Below, piece by piece: positions 32,819 to 43,336 of a stretch of DNA of 64,000 nucleotides. The position numbers and the translations under genes are program-made. The DNA is from Deltaproteobacteria bacterium (GTDB taxonomy: Bacteria; Myxococcota_A; Polyangia; Fen-1088). The notes below the pieces were generated by a model. It was not told the DNA's origin. It searched no databases and was given only the letters and a program-made list of their open reading frames with translations. Where the stretch lies: assembly GCA_033763315.1 (NCBI GenBank), contig JANRKS010000027.1, forward strand, positions 49,134 through 113,133, given 5' to 3'. The stretch's first letter is position 1. Each line of letters begins with the position of its first letter.

Positions 32819-33729
32819 TGACAGCTCACGCTGCGGGAGATGATGTCTCGCGGGCGTTGCAGGCGCAGGTCATGCCATTTTTGCGCCGCCTGCTGGTCAA
32901 CGCGCCGGCGGGGCGATCGCGCGTGCAGAACGATGGCATAGGCGTGCATCTATCCCCAAGGATTGGCGGTACGGGTTCCGAGTTTGCCGATCACAGACCC
33001 TATCAAGCGGGCGATGATCTAAGGCAGGTGAACGCGCGTTTGTGGGCGCGCCTGGGCAGGCCCATGGTGCGTCAATACCAACAAGAGCGTGCCAGATCCT
33101 TTTTGGTCGTCGTTGACCGCAGCGCTTCGATGTCGCTCGGTGTGCCACGCAAGTGGGATCAAGCGTGGCCCTTGGCCAGCGCCGTGGTTTGCGCAGCGGC
33201 GGGTAACCACGACGCCTTTGCGGTGCTGGTAGCAAATGAAGACAGCGCAACGGTGATCAAGAACAATCCGTTGGCCACCGCGGAGACGTTGGCAACCACA
33301 GACATTGGCGGCCGCACAAACCTTGCCGCCACCGCGTCCGCGATCGTTGCGTCTCGGTTCGATGCGAACACAGAAGTGGTCTGGGTGTCAGATTTTCTAG
33401 ATCGCGCCGGGATTGAGCCCGCGCTTGCGCGTTTGCGACGCGTGCGGTGCACGCCTTTGCTTGTGTGCACGCCAGACGTGGCCGTGAGTGCGGGTGCAAA
33501 GCCACGCACGGCGGGCGAACTCGTGAGGTTGCGCGACGTGGAAACGGGCGAAATTGCCTTCGTTCCAATGACGTCCGAGCGCTTGCGGCATCACGCAGCC
33601 ACGTTGGCCGCGTACTACGGAACGCTTGCACGCTTTTGTGCGCACACGCGCGTGCCCTTCCTGCGGGCTGGTGCCAGGTTTGAAATCAACGCGCATCATT
33701 TGCTGCGCGCCGCGGGGCTCCGCGCATGA
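32815..33729 (+). CDS. DUF58 protein
   Basis: G.EFADHRPY..GDDLR, DRSASM, VSDFL. Confidence 0.88.
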   Translation: MMTAHAAGDDVSRALQAQVMPFLRRLLVNAPAGRSRVQNDGIGVHLSPRIGGTGSEFADHRPYQAGDDLRQVNARLWARLGRPMVRQYQQERARSFLVVVDRSASMSLGVPRKWDQAWPLASAVVCAAAGNHDAFAVLVANEDSATVIKNNPLATAETLATTDIGGRTNLAATASAIVASRFDANTEVVWVSDFLDRAGIEPALARLRRVRCTPLLVCTPDVAVSAGAKPRTAGELVRLRDVETGEIAFVPMTSERLRHHAATLAAYYGTLARFCAHTRVPFLRAGARFEINAHHLLRAAGLRA

Positions 33730-36700
33730 GCCATTGGGAATGGTTGGGCGTTCCCGGTTGGCTCGCGGGCGTCGTGGGTGCCATGGCGGTCGCATCTTTG
33801 TGGGCGTCTGCTTGGCGCAAGCGACGTGCGCGGCTGATCGAAGTTAGCTTCCTCGCGCTTTGGGTGAGCACCCGCGATGAGACGGCCACCCAACGCTTGC
33901 GACGAGGATCCTTGGCGCTGTGGCTCACCGCGATCGGGGTGATGTTGTCGCTGCTCGCGGCGCTCGTGCCGTGGCCGCGGCCCACACTCACGAGTGGCAA
34001 GCAAGTGTTGTTGCTCGTGGACGAGTGGGCGTTGCAAACGCCGGACTCTGCACACGCCGCGCGAACGGCCATCAGGAAGATGGTTGCCAACCTAAGCATT
34101 GCAGATCGCATCGCGTTGTGGTCGTTCGATGAGACCCCACGCCAATGGATGGGCTGGCAACGGGATCGAGCCGCACTTGAGTCGATCTTGGAGCAGCTGG
34201 CTCCGCGCACACACAGCGCCCGCACGAGCGTGGCCAACCTGCCACGGCGAAACGTGAAACGGGCCTTGGCTGAAGCCACGCCAGAGCTGCCTGCGGGTGG
34301 CTACGTCGTGCTTGTGGGACCGAAGGGCTACAGCGCACAGGCAAATCATGAGGGCCACGTGCGGTGGCTGGAGGCGGGCAGCAACGCAAGCAACGTAGCC
34401 GTTGAAAGCCTTTCGTTTCAACGCCGCGGGCCTTCAACGGAAGCAGCGTTGCACGTCCATAACCTGAACAACCACGTCTGCAAGGCAGCCATCGACGTGA
34501 CGGATGCTCGCGGCGAACGGCTGTGGCACACCGACCTTGAACTGGCTCCCAAAGCCCGCACGGGATTGGCCATGGCATTGCCTGTGACCAACACCAAACT
34601 GCTGCGAGCTCACATCAGCTCACCGTGTGACGAAGTGCCCGAAGACAACATCATTGCCTTGGCGGCGGCCGCTGCGCTGCCAAAGCGAGTGCGTCTCTTC
34701 GGCAAGCCCAGTGCGTTCATCGTGCAGGCTCTGCGTGCGCTACCCCACCCCGTCGTGATCGCGGATCACACGCATGAGCGGTTTCCGCCACGTGACGCTG
34801 ATTTGCAAGACAACGATCTTGTGATTTTTAACGACATGGCCGGGCCACCTTTGCCACCGCAAGGGCACTTCGTGTATTTCGCCACGACGGCGGCGGCATC
34901 GCCTTGGCCTGCCACAGCTGTTGCCGCCGCAAACAAACGAAGTGTGTTGCCTAACGGATCATCGCTGTGGCGAGATGTTTCGCTGACGGACGTCTCATGG
35001 CGGCGCTTGCTGAAGTTACAGCCGCCCGCTGACGCTGTAGCGTTGGCATCAACGAACGGGCGTGTTGTGGCGGCCGCCCGCTCATACCCAGGCTTTTCGC
35101 AGACTGCGTTCGGGTTTGGGCCACAAGCCAGCGACTTGCCCTGGCATGCGGGCTTTCCGCTGCTTCTCGACAATCTGCTGACCAGCGCCAGCGTTGCAAA
35201 TGCATCGGCTTTCGGCGCCCGCGATCTTGTGGAGCCAGGCGATGCGACGCCCGCCATGGCTTGGCATGCAGCGAGCGAAGGCATTCAGTTCGGTACGAAT
35301 GTAAGCCGCTGGGCGGCCGGCCTGGCATGGCTGTGTGCTGCGGTGTTGTTCCTTGGGCTGCAACAAGGCGTGGGAGCGCTCGCCGCGCATCGACGCTGGC
35401 GGTGGTGGTGGCGCAGCTTGGTGCTGGTGAGTTTGCTGCTCGCCGTTTGGGCACCGCACCAGCCGACGCCAAACGTGCAAAGCGTCCCCGCGCCAAAATC
35501 ACCGACTGATCCTGCACCCCCGTTGATGCTGAAAGCCCTCGTGGGACCAACGATGGTTGCGCCGAACGAGCGCTTCGAGGTACGAGTCCCTCTTGCAGCC
35601 ACCTCACCAGGTGTTGCCACGCTGCAGATCGAACAAGACGCTGCGGCCGCGGTCGAGGTGACGGGTGCGCTAGCGACCGCCGACGGCTGGCGTGTGCAGG
35701 TGCTGCCTGGCACCACATGGGTCACCGCCACGTTATCGGCACCGGCAAAGAAGGCGCAGACGCAGATCGTGGCGCGTTTGGTGCCAACCCAGCCAACCGC
35801 ATGGATGGCAGGCCCTCACAACGAAGCGAAGCTGATCATTCCCTACAAACCGGCCCCGCGCGTATTGCTGCTCTCAGAAGATCCACAGGCGGATGCTTTG
35901 GGGCGGGTGCTGCAAACGCAAGGCTTCGACGTCACCGCGGTGACGCCTGCACGCGCGCCCTCGCCGCAGGGGTGGGCAGCCATCGTCATTAACAATGCGC
36001 CATTGGCAACGTTACCCCGGGGTTGGACGGTGGCCGCTGCCAGCGCGATCAACGATGGTTGTGGGTTGCTCGTGGCCGCGGGCGGCAACCTAAGCTTCAA
36101 CGCCGCGTGGGAGCAAACCCCATTGCAAGCGTTGTTGCCCGCTTTGATCGAAGAGCAGGCGCAGCGGCCCGTCGCGGATCTGGCCACGGTCTTGGTGGTG
36201 GACCGCTCAGGCTCGATGAGCGGCACAAAGCTCGCGCTCACACTTGAGGCCATCAAGGCCACCACGAATGCCATGCGGCCGAGTGATCTCATCAGTGTGG
36301 TGGCATTCGATAGCCGCGTGGAAACACTGGTGCCGCTGCAGATCGCCGCCAACAAACCGCGCATCTGGGCCCAGATGGAAAAGTTGAGTGCAGGCGGCGG
36401 CACCAACCTGTGGCCCGCTATGCGAGAAGCGTATCAAACGCTGTTGGGTGCCCCAGCGTCGCGCAAACATATGGTGGTTCTCAGCGATGGCCACACGCCA
36501 TCGGCGGGCATGCAAGAGTTGATTGGCGATCTCAGCGGCGCCAACATCACGCTCTCGACGGTCGCGTTGGGTAGCGGCGCCGATGCGGGCTTTTTGCGTC
36601 GCTTGGCCGATCAAGGGGGCGGGCGCAGCCACATCACTGATGATCCAGCGCGCGTGCCCCGCATCTTCGCCAACGAGATCGCAGCTGTCAGCGCGATGCC

Positions 36701-37475
36701 GCAACCCAAGACGTTGCTGAAGGTGAAGAGCGTGCGCACCAGTGCCCGCACTTCCGGCATCAATTGGACGCAAGCGCCGGGTCTGCGCGACGTGGCGCAT
36801 CTGCGTTCACGGCCAGGCAGCCAGACCTTGCTGTCACTGCCTGGCGGCGAGCCGGTGCTGGTGGGAGCCCATGCGGGCGCGGGGCAAGTGTGGTTGTGGG
36901 CGGCCGACGCCTCGGGGCCGTGGGCGTCCGCGTGGCCCGCATGGCAAGGTTTCGCCCCGTTTTGGTCGCAGCTGGTTCGCTCCTTGAGCGATGCACGCAC
37001 GGGTGACATCCAGCCGATCATCGTCTCACAAAGCGGCGTCGCGAAAGTGGTCTTGAAAACGCCACCGGGCCCTAACGCCAGCAGCGCGATCGGCAAAACC
37101 GGGCGACTCGTGATACGTGGCGGCGAAAACAACACAAGCGTCGCGCTATGGGAGACGGCGCCTGGAACGTACGAAGCCCAGCTCCCGCTAAGGCCGCCAG
37201 GGCTCCAGCGTCACGAGCCAGCTGCGGCCGCCTTAGAAGCGCAATTTGATGAACTCCCGAACGCAGGCCTGGGTCATACGTCGTGGCCAGGCTTGCCGCT
37301 TGAGAAGCCCGTCGCCACCGCGTTGCCAGCCGAGGCAACGGCCCCACCCTACCGCTCTTGGGGACCCTGGTTTGCGGCCTTGGCGGCCCTGCTTTTTGTT
37401 GCGGAAATCCCAAGGCGTCGTGCTACATTTCGCGCCTCAAAAACTGAGACATCGGGGCGTGGCGCAGTCTGGTAG
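33726..37475 (+). CDS. Large membrane VWA-domain protein (BatA-like N-terminus, GATase-like segments)
   Basis: MIDAS DRSGSM, GGGT, LSDG; several TM segments; FWSQLVR. Confidence 0.85.
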   Translation: MSHWEWLGVPGWLAGVVGAMAVASLWASAWRKRRARLIEVSFLALWVSTRDETATQRLRRGSLALWLTAIGVMLSLLAALVPWPRPTLTSGKQVLLLVDEWALQTPDSAHAARTAIRKMVANLSIADRIALWSFDETPRQWMGWQRDRAALESILEQLAPRTHSARTSVANLPRRNVKRALAEATPELPAGGYVVLVGPKGYSAQANHEGHVRWLEAGSNASNVAVESLSFQRRGPSTEAALHVHNLNNHVCKAAIDVTDARGERLWHTDLELAPKARTGLAMALPVTNTKLLRAHISSPCDEVPEDNIIALAAAAALPKRVRLFGKPSAFIVQALRALPHPVVIADHTHERFPPRDADLQDNDLVIFNDMAGPPLPPQGHFVYFATTAAASPWPATAVAAANKRSVLPNGSSLWRDVSLTDVSWRRLLKLQPPADAVALASTNGRVVAAARSYPGFSQTAFGFGPQASDLPWHAGFPLLLDNLLTSASVANASAFGARDLVEPGDATPAMAWHAASEGIQFGTNVSRWAAGLAWLCAAVLFLGLQQGVGALAAHRRWRWWWRSLVLVSLLLAVWAPHQPTPNVQSVPAPKSPTDPAPPLMLKALVGPTMVAPNERFEVRVPLAATSPGVATLQIEQDAAAAVEVTGALATADGWRVQVLPGTTWVTATLSAPAKKAQTQIVARLVPTQPTAWMAGPHNEAKLIIPYKPAPRVLLLSEDPQADALGRVLQTQGFDVTAVTPARAPSPQGWAAIVINNAPLATLPRGWTVAAASAINDGCGLLVAAGGNLSFNAAWEQTPLQALLPALIEEQAQRPVADLATVLVVDRSGSMSGTKLALTLEAIKATTNAMRPSDLISVVAFDSRVETLVPLQIAANKPRIWAQMEKLSAGGGTNLWPAMREAYQTLLGAPASRKHMVVLSDGHTPSAGMQELIGDLSGANITLSTVALGSGADAGFLRRLADQGGGRSHITDDPARVPRIFANEIAAVSAMPQPKTLLKVKSVRTSARTSGINWTQAPGLRDVAHLRSRPGSQTLLSLPGGEPVLVGAHAGAGQVWLWAADASGPWASAWPAWQGFAPFWSQLVRSLSDARTGDIQPIIVSQSGVAKVVLKTPPGPNASSAIGKTGRLVIRGGENNTSVALWETAPGTYEAQLPLRPPGLQRHEPAAAALEAQFDELPNAGLGHTSWPGLPLEKPVATALPAEATAPPYRSWGPWFAALAALLFVAEIPRRRATFRASKTETSGRGAVW
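37421..37436 (+). promoter_or_regulatory. Putative tRNA promoter (extended -10 plus GC discriminator) inside VWA CDS
   Basis: TG-C-TACATT followed by TCGCGCC. Confidence 0.4.
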
Positions 37476-37526
37476 CGCGTTCGGTTCGGGACCGAAAGGC
37501 CGGAGGTTCGAATCCTCTCGCCCCGA
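37453..37526 (+). tRNA. tRNA-Pro(CGG), CCA not encoded
   Basis: Acceptor CGGGGCG/CGCCCCG-A, D arm GCGC/GCGC, anticodon stem TTCGG/CCGAA with loop TTCGGGA, T loop TTCGAAT; followed by CAA. Confidence 0.95.
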
Positions 37527-37537
37527 CAACACAAGCG

Positions 37538-37560
37538 GAAGCGGCGTGCATCGCCGCTTC
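37538..37560. terminator. Hairpin downstream of tRNA
   Basis: GAAGCGGCG-TGCAT-CGCCGCTTC 9-bp stem. Confidence 0.5.
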
Positions 37561-37588
37561 ACAGACGCCCAAGCTCACTCGCAAACGC

Positions 37589-38158
37589 TTAGATGGCCGG
37601 GGCGTCATTCGCTGCGTCACCCGCAGCATCAACGCCAGCCTCCGTCCCCCCGTCCTTCGCGCCGTCAACCGCGCCATCAGTGGCCCCACCATCCGCCGTG
37701 TTCCCATCCACGCCGCCCTCGAAGGCGCCGCCATCAATGTAAAGCACGCCGCCCTCGGAAGTGCCGCCATCCATGGTCGAGCCCGGGAACAGGTTGAACA
37801 CGAAGCCGATGCAACCCGCTGGGAACTCCTGCGATGCGAACCACGTGGCCACCGCCACATCCCCCCGCTTGGCCACAGCCGTGACCACCACACGCTTGCC
37901 AGCGGGGTAGCCCCCGGGCAGCGTGATGTCCGCCTCCACCTGCGCGGCCCCCGGTGAGACCGGCAGACGCTGCATGTGCACCAATTGCCCCGCAATTTCA
38001 AACGAAACATCGACGGCTGTCACCCCAGCCGCCACCTCGGCGGGAATGGTGGCCGCGACGCGCACGGTACCGCTAGTGCACTCCTCATCGGAGCAGCCCG
38101 CAGGCAACAGAGCCAAAGCCACAAACACCACAGGGAGCAAACGGCGCATCAGGTTCAT
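37589..38158 (-). CDS. Hypothetical lipoprotein with DG-rich tail
   Basis: Lipobox LPAG-C; DGG/DA repeat tail typical of myxobacterial lipoproteins. Confidence 0.7.
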   Translation of the reverse strand: MNLMRRLLPVVFVALALLPAGCSDEECTSGTVRVAATIPAEVAAGVTAVDVSFEIAGQLVHMQRLPVSPGAAQVEADITLPGGYPAGKRVVVTAVAKRGDVAVATWFASQEFPAGCIGFVFNLFPGSTMDGGTSEGGVLYIDGGAFEGGVDGNTADGGATDGAVDGAKDGGTEAGVDAAGDAANDAPAI

Positions 38159-38274
38159 GATTCCGCCGAACTTTACACCAAGCGCTTGCCGCAAGGCCAT
38201 GCACACGATCTTGTTGATCGACGAATCTTGGGTTTTGATATCAATGTGAGCCATGGCGCCTCGGCAGGTCTAAG

Positions 38275-39300
38275 ATGAAGCGGCCCTCGTTGCGCGTTTT
38301 GGTTTTGATGCATCAAGAGCGGGTGCCTCCGGTCTCGTTGGTTGGCAGCACCGAGAAGCAACAAGAAGAGTGGAAAACGGAGTACGCGGTGGTCACGGCC
38401 CTGCGCAAGCTCGGCCACGAAGTGATGCCGTTGGGTTTATGGGACGAGGTGCGGCCCATCCGGGACGCCATCACAGACTTTAAGCCTCACATCGCTTTTA
38501 ATTTGCTCGAGGAGTTTCAAGGCCAGCCGCTATTCGATCAGCACGTGGTGGCGTTCTTGGAGCTATCGAATCTTGCGTATACGGGGTGTAACCCGCGTGG
38601 GCTCACATTGGCGCGCGACAAGGCCCTGACCAAAAAGATCCTCACCTACCACCGCATCGACGTACCCGCGTTCATGGTGGCGCCCCGGCGGCAACGTTGG
38701 AAGCGGCCGAAGGTTTTGAAGTTTCCGTTGATCGTCAAAAGCCTCACCGAAGAAGCCTCGCTTGGCATCTCACAGGCAAGCGTTGTGGACACGGACGAGA
38801 AGCTGCAAGAGCGGGTGCGGTTCATACACGAAAGCATCGGCACCGACGCCATCATCGAACAATACATCGACGGCCGCGAAATCTATGTGGGCGCGCTGGG
38901 CAACAAACAAATCACCGTGCTTCCGCCTTGGGAATTGGTGCTTGATCATTTGCCTGCGGACGCCGTTCACATAGCCACGCGCAAAGTGAAGTGGGACAAG
39001 GCTTACCAGCAACGTCACAAGATCAAATCACAAGCCGCCCAATTGCCGGACGCGATGATTCGCAAGATCACGCACCTCGGCCGCCGCATCTACAAGAACC
39101 TCAGCCTCAGCGGCTACGCACGTATGGATTTTCGCGTGACCAGCGATGGCCGCGTGTTCCTGGTTGAAGCGAATCCCAACCCCGGTGTGGCGCCGCAAGA
39201 CGAGTTCGCCGAGTCCGCGCAGGCCTACAAGCTTGATTACGGCAAGCTCATCTCAAAGTTGCTCACGCTGGGCCGCAGCTACAAGCCGGGCACTTATTAG
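38275..39300 (+). CDS. ATP-grasp protein, D-Ala-D-Ala ligase-like
   Basis: AYTG, DKAL.KK, PLIVK...E.ASLGI, EQYIDGRE, ARMDFR, EANPNP. Confidence 0.88.
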   Translation: MKRPSLRVLVLMHQERVPPVSLVGSTEKQQEEWKTEYAVVTALRKLGHEVMPLGLWDEVRPIRDAITDFKPHIAFNLLEEFQGQPLFDQHVVAFLELSNLAYTGCNPRGLTLARDKALTKKILTYHRIDVPAFMVAPRRQRWKRPKVLKFPLIVKSLTEEASLGISQASVVDTDEKLQERVRFIHESIGTDAIIEQYIDGREIYVGALGNKQITVLPPWELVLDHLPADAVHIATRKVKWDKAYQQRHKIKSQAAQLPDAMIRKITHLGRRIYKNLSLSGYARMDFRVTSDGRVFLVEANPNPGVAPQDEFAESAQAYKLDYGKLISKLLTLGRSYKPGTY

Positions 39301-39965
39301 ATGCGAACGGCTTCGCCAGCTTTGCGAATGGACGCGATGGCCTCGGCATAATCGGGCCGCCCAAACACGGCCGCCCCCGCGATGAGTTCGCTGGCGCCCG
39401 CACCCACCACCATGGGAGCCGTCTTCGCATCGATGCCGCCATCCACGCCAATCACAACGTTCAAGTGTTGGCGATCCACCTCGTCACGCAGCTCTTTGAG
39501 CTTCTGGACGCTTTGCGGAATGAAGGCTTGGCCCCCAAAGCCCGGGTTCACGGTCATCACCAGCACCGCGTCCACATCGCGCAAGATCCAACGAATGGAT
39601 TCCACGGGTGTGTGAGGGTTCAGCGCCACGCCCACGCGTTTGTTCAATGCGCGAATCTGCTGCAAATTCCGATGCAAGTGCACGCACGCTTCGACATGCA
39701 CATAGATGGTGTCGGCCCCGGCCTCGGCAAACTGGGGCACATACTTTTCAGGCTCTTCGATCATCAAGTGCACGCCCAGCGGCAGCTTGGTGGATTTGCG
39801 GATCGCCTTGACCACCAAAGGGCCAATCGTAATGTTCGGCACGAACCGGCCGTCCATCACGTCCACGTGGACGCTATCAGCGCCCGCCGCTTCGACGGCC
39901 TTCGTTTCCTCAGCCAGGCGGCCAAAGTCGGCGGACAGCAGTGAAGGCGAAACCTTGACGAGCAT
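39297..39965 (-). CDS. rpe: Ribulose-phosphate 3-epimerase
   Basis: SPSLLSADF, HVDVMDG.FVPN, MTVNPGFGGQ, VDGGI. Confidence 0.97.
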   Translation of the reverse strand: MLVKVSPSLLSADFGRLAEETKAVEAAGADSVHVDVMDGRFVPNITIGPLVVKAIRKSTKLPLGVHLMIEEPEKYVPQFAEAGADTIYVHVEACVHLHRNLQQIRALNKRVGVALNPHTPVESIRWILRDVDAVLVMTVNPGFGGQAFIPQSVQKLKELRDEVDRQHLNVVIGVDGGIDAKTAPMVVGAGASELIAGAAVFGRPDYAEAIASIRKAGEAVRI

Positions 39966-40031
39966 GCCCTAATTTATGGCAGGTGCGGGCCGCCACGTCA
40001 CGCACAGGCGGCAACGCTCACCATCAGGCAG

Positions 40032-40961
40032 CTATGTGAACTGGGCCCCCACACCGATGCCGCGGCCCGCGATCACAGCATCCACAGGCAAACGTTTGCG
40101 GCCTGGCAACTGAAGCTCCGCGAACGCCACCGCGCCCTCGCCACACGCCACGTGAAGGCCACGTTTGTCAGCCACCACGACCGTGCCAGGCGTTCCCTGT
40201 CCTTCCATAACCCTGGGCCGGAACAACTTGACGGGTTGGCCGTCCAGCAACGCGAAGGCGCCTGGCCACGGATCCACACCGCGCGCCAGCGCCGACACGA
40301 GGCGCGCGGGCTTGCTGAAATCCAGATGCCCCGTGTCTTTCTTCAGCATCGGCGCCAACGTCGCTTGCGCGTCATCTTGAGGCACGAACCGCGCGCGGCC
40401 CTCGGCGATGTCTTGCAGCGTCTTCACGAGCAATTCCGCGCCAAGCGTGGCCAAGCGCTCAAACAACTGCCCCGCCGTTTCGTCAACGCCAATGGGCGTC
40501 CGCTCCACCGAAACCATCGGGCCAGTATCAAGCCCCGCCTCCATGCGCATGATCGTCACACCTGTTTCGGCGTCACCATTGATGATCGCCCATTGGATCG
40601 GAGCGGCACCACGGTACTTCGGCAGCAAGGACCCGTGCACGTTGAACGGCCCCAGGCGCGGCACATCCAGCAACGCTTGCGGAAGGATCTTGCCGTACGC
40701 CGCCACAACGAACACATCTGGCTGCAAGGCTCGCAACTGTGCAATGAAAGCCTCTCCCTCCTCGCCCTTGAGGCGCGTGGGTTGCGCCACGGCCAAACCG
40801 TGTTCTTGCGCCCACACTTTCACGGCCGGCGCTTGCAAGGTTTGCCCCCGGCCCGCGGGCTTGTCGGGTTGAGCCACAACCAAAGGCACACTCCAACGCG
40901 CAGCCACAGCCGCCAGCGTTGGCACAGCAAAATCGGGCGAGCCGAAGAACACGATCTTCAC
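40032..40961 (-). CDS. fmt: Methionyl-tRNA formyltransferase
   Basis: FFGSPDFA, QPDKPAGRG, NVHGSLLPKYRGAAPI, GLDTG. Confidence 0.96.
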   Translation of the reverse strand: MKIVFFGSPDFAVPTLAAVAARWSVPLVVAQPDKPAGRGQTLQAPAVKVWAQEHGLAVAQPTRLKGEEGEAFIAQLRALQPDVFVVAAYGKILPQALLDVPRLGPFNVHGSLLPKYRGAAPIQWAIINGDAETGVTIMRMEAGLDTGPMVSVERTPIGVDETAGQLFERLATLGAELLVKTLQDIAEGRARFVPQDDAQATLAPMLKKDTGHLDFSKPARLVSALARGVDPWPGAFALLDGQPVKLFRPRVMEGQGTPGTVVVADKRGLHVACGEGAVAFAELQLPGRKRLPVDAVIAGRGIGVGAQFT

Positions 40962-43324
40962 GTGCCACTCCCATCACCGGCGTTTCGCGCTTGCCACAAG
41001 ATGCCCAACACCCCAACGCTGACGTCGGCTTTCTTCGGCCGCACCTCAACGCGTTCCAGCGCCAGCTTCTGCACATCGGTTTTCGCTTCCACGTCGCGCA
41101 TCTTTTCGGTGAGCTCCTCGTTCAACATCGCCAAAGCCGCTTGCGCCGCTTCCCGTTCGCCTGCCGCCGCCTCCACGTCTTGGCGCTCGCGCGCGCGTTT
41201 GCTGGCACTGCGCACCACGCGCCCCGGCGACACACGACGCCCCATCAATGCCCCCAACACTTCGGCCCCCATGGAAAACGCAGCGTCGAATCCCTGTTGG
41301 TCCGCTTGCATCTCTTCGCGCGCCACGCGATCTTCGGCACGTCGCACACGATCTTGGGCGCGCGCGAATTTGTCGGCGTATTTGCCATGCAGTTCCGAAA
41401 GCATTTCGTCGCGCCACTGGCGCGCCGCCAGGGCCATGCGGGCCCGGAAGGCGGCTTCATCTTCACCCGCGTTCGAATTGGTTTTGAGCGCAGCACATCG
41501 ATAGACAACCAGCGGCCGCTCGTGCACCAAATGATCGATGAATTCCTTTTGCCACGTCTTGTGCGTGGCAGCGCGCAAAGCCGCACCAGGCAGTGGCAAG
41601 AACGCGCAGCCGTCCGCGGGCTGCTTTTGCAGCGATTGCGTTTCGGCGTCGAAAGGCAATGCCTCACGCCAAGGCAAAGCATCGGCTGTCAGCGGCACGG
41701 TCAACGCGAACGATTGCAGCTCGCTGATGCCGAGCTTCGCGCTCGCGTAGCGCACGCGGCCCGAGGCAAACACATGCGGTTCATAAACAACACGTGATGC
41801 GGTGCTGGCGACAAAAAACTCCGGCACGCCGGTAGGCAACACCGGACGCGGCGCCAAGGTTTGCGGTGGCGCCATTGCAGGCTTGGCGGGCGCAGGCGCG
41901 GGCGGCGTCGCCACAGGGGGCGACAAGCGCTGCAGTTGCTCGCGCGACATCGGACCACGCAGATACGAAAGCGCCCAGCGCGTTTGAAACAAGGTGGGTC
42001 CGTCGTCATGCACGTTGTTCATCAGAAACACGCGGTTGCCCAAGCCCGACAGCAGCCGATCCAAGTGTGCGCGATCGAAAGCTTGCCCCGAAGACGCCAC
42101 GGCGCTTTCCAATCCGTCGAGCAGCCGCAACTTGTCGCGCTCTGTCTGCAAGCGCCCCACGAACCATGTGCCTGTGTTCGACAAACCCTTGTAGTCGAGA
42201 TCCACCGGGTTTTGCGTGGACAACACCACGCCCAAGCCAAAGGCACGCGCCTGTTTGAGCAACGTCAACATCGGGCGTTTCGATGGCGGCGCGGCGTTCG
42301 GCGGAAAGAACCCGAAGATCTCATCCATGTACAGCAGGCCACGCAGGCTGCTTGTGCCAGCTTGCGCGCGCATCCACGCCACAACCTCACCCAGCAGCGT
42401 CGTGACAAAAAACATGCGCTCGGCATCGCTTAAGTGAGACAGGCTCATCACCGAAAGGCGTGGCTTGCCGGACGGCGACTGCAACAGCGAGCCCACATCC
42501 AGGGGATCACCTTCGGTCCAGGCAGAAAACCCTGGCGAGGCCACAAGGTTGTTCAACAGCATCGCCAGTTCTAGTCTGTCTTTCGCGGGAAACACCGTTT
42601 CCACGTCGAACACACCCAGCTGCGCGAAAGGCGGCGTCTGCACCGCACGGATCAGATCGGCCAGTTGCACGTCACGCCCCTGGGTCCAGGCGTGCTCAAG
42701 GATGCTGGCCAACAAAATGTGCTCGCGGCTTCGCAACGGATCGGCGGCGATGCCCGCCAGCGCCAACAGGCCGCTCACCGCGCCGCCGATACGCTCGCGC
42801 ATAACATCGGGTTGGGCCACAACGGCGGCCGGCGGCGCCGCGAACGATTTGAGCACCGAGAGCCCGCGTCCAAATCGGGCGCCGGGCGTATAGATCACCA
42901 CCTCTGCGGCGGCCTGCAGGCGCGCCACGCGTGCTGCATCTTGGCCCCACGCGGACAGGCCCTCGCGCCATGTGGTCGACACTGACTGCGCCCAGGCGTG
43001 CGCTGTTGTGCCGCGCCGCCGCGCCTCATCTTCATCCAACCAGGGCTCAAAATCTTCGGCACGCAACGCCGGGAACGTCAACGCCAGGTTCCCCATATCG
43101 CCCTTCGGATCGATGATGATGGCACCGATGCCGTCGATCGCCGCCTCTTCCAGCAAAGCGATGCCAAGGCCGGTTTTCCCGCTGCCCGTCATGCCCACAA
43201 TCACCGCATGCGTGCACAAATCCCGGTCCTTATAGAGAACCGGCTTTGTATTGGCTTGGCCGGCGGCGAGATCAAAGTGCCGCCCTAGATAAAAAACACC
43301 TAGCTTCTCAAAATCGTCGTTCAA
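40958..43324 (-). CDS. HerA/FtsK-superfamily (DUF87-like) P-loop ATPase
   Basis: THAVIVGMTGSGKT, IDPKGD, LLYMDE, KQARAFG, STQNPVDLDYK; C-terminal coiled coil; TTG start. Confidence 0.85.
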   Translation of the reverse strand: MNDDFEKLGVFYLGRHFDLAAGQANTKPVLYKDRDLCTHAVIVGMTGSGKTGLGIALLEEAAIDGIGAIIIDPKGDMGNLALTFPALRAEDFEPWLDEDEARRRGTTAHAWAQSVSTTWREGLSAWGQDAARVARLQAAAEVVIYTPGARFGRGLSVLKSFAAPPAAVVAQPDVMRERIGGAVSGLLALAGIAADPLRSREHILLASILEHAWTQGRDVQLADLIRAVQTPPFAQLGVFDVETVFPAKDRLELAMLLNNLVASPGFSAWTEGDPLDVGSLLQSPSGKPRLSVMSLSHLSDAERMFFVTTLLGEVVAWMRAQAGTSSLRGLLYMDEIFGFFPPNAAPPSKRPMLTLLKQARAFGLGVVLSTQNPVDLDYKGLSNTGTWFVGRLQTERDKLRLLDGLESAVASSGQAFDRAHLDRLLSGLGNRVFLMNNVHDDGPTLFQTRWALSYLRGPMSREQLQRLSPPVATPPAPAPAKPAMAPPQTLAPRPVLPTGVPEFFVASTASRVVYEPHVFASGRVRYASAKLGISELQSFALTVPLTADALPWREALPFDAETQSLQKQPADGCAFLPLPGAALRAATHKTWQKEFIDHLVHERPLVVYRCAALKTNSNAGEDEAAFRARMALAARQWRDEMLSELHGKYADKFARAQDRVRRAEDRVAREEMQADQQGFDAAFSMGAEVLGALMGRRVSPGRVVRSASKRARERQDVEAAAGEREAAQAALAMLNEELTEKMRDVEAKTDVQKLALERVEVRPKKADVSVGVLGILWQARNAGDGSGT

Positions 43325-43336
43325 GTGTTCGCACCA

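Noticed and set aside
37453-38254. tRNA-Pro as an integration site
   Set aside because: No integrase and no duplicated tRNA 3' end seen in the window.
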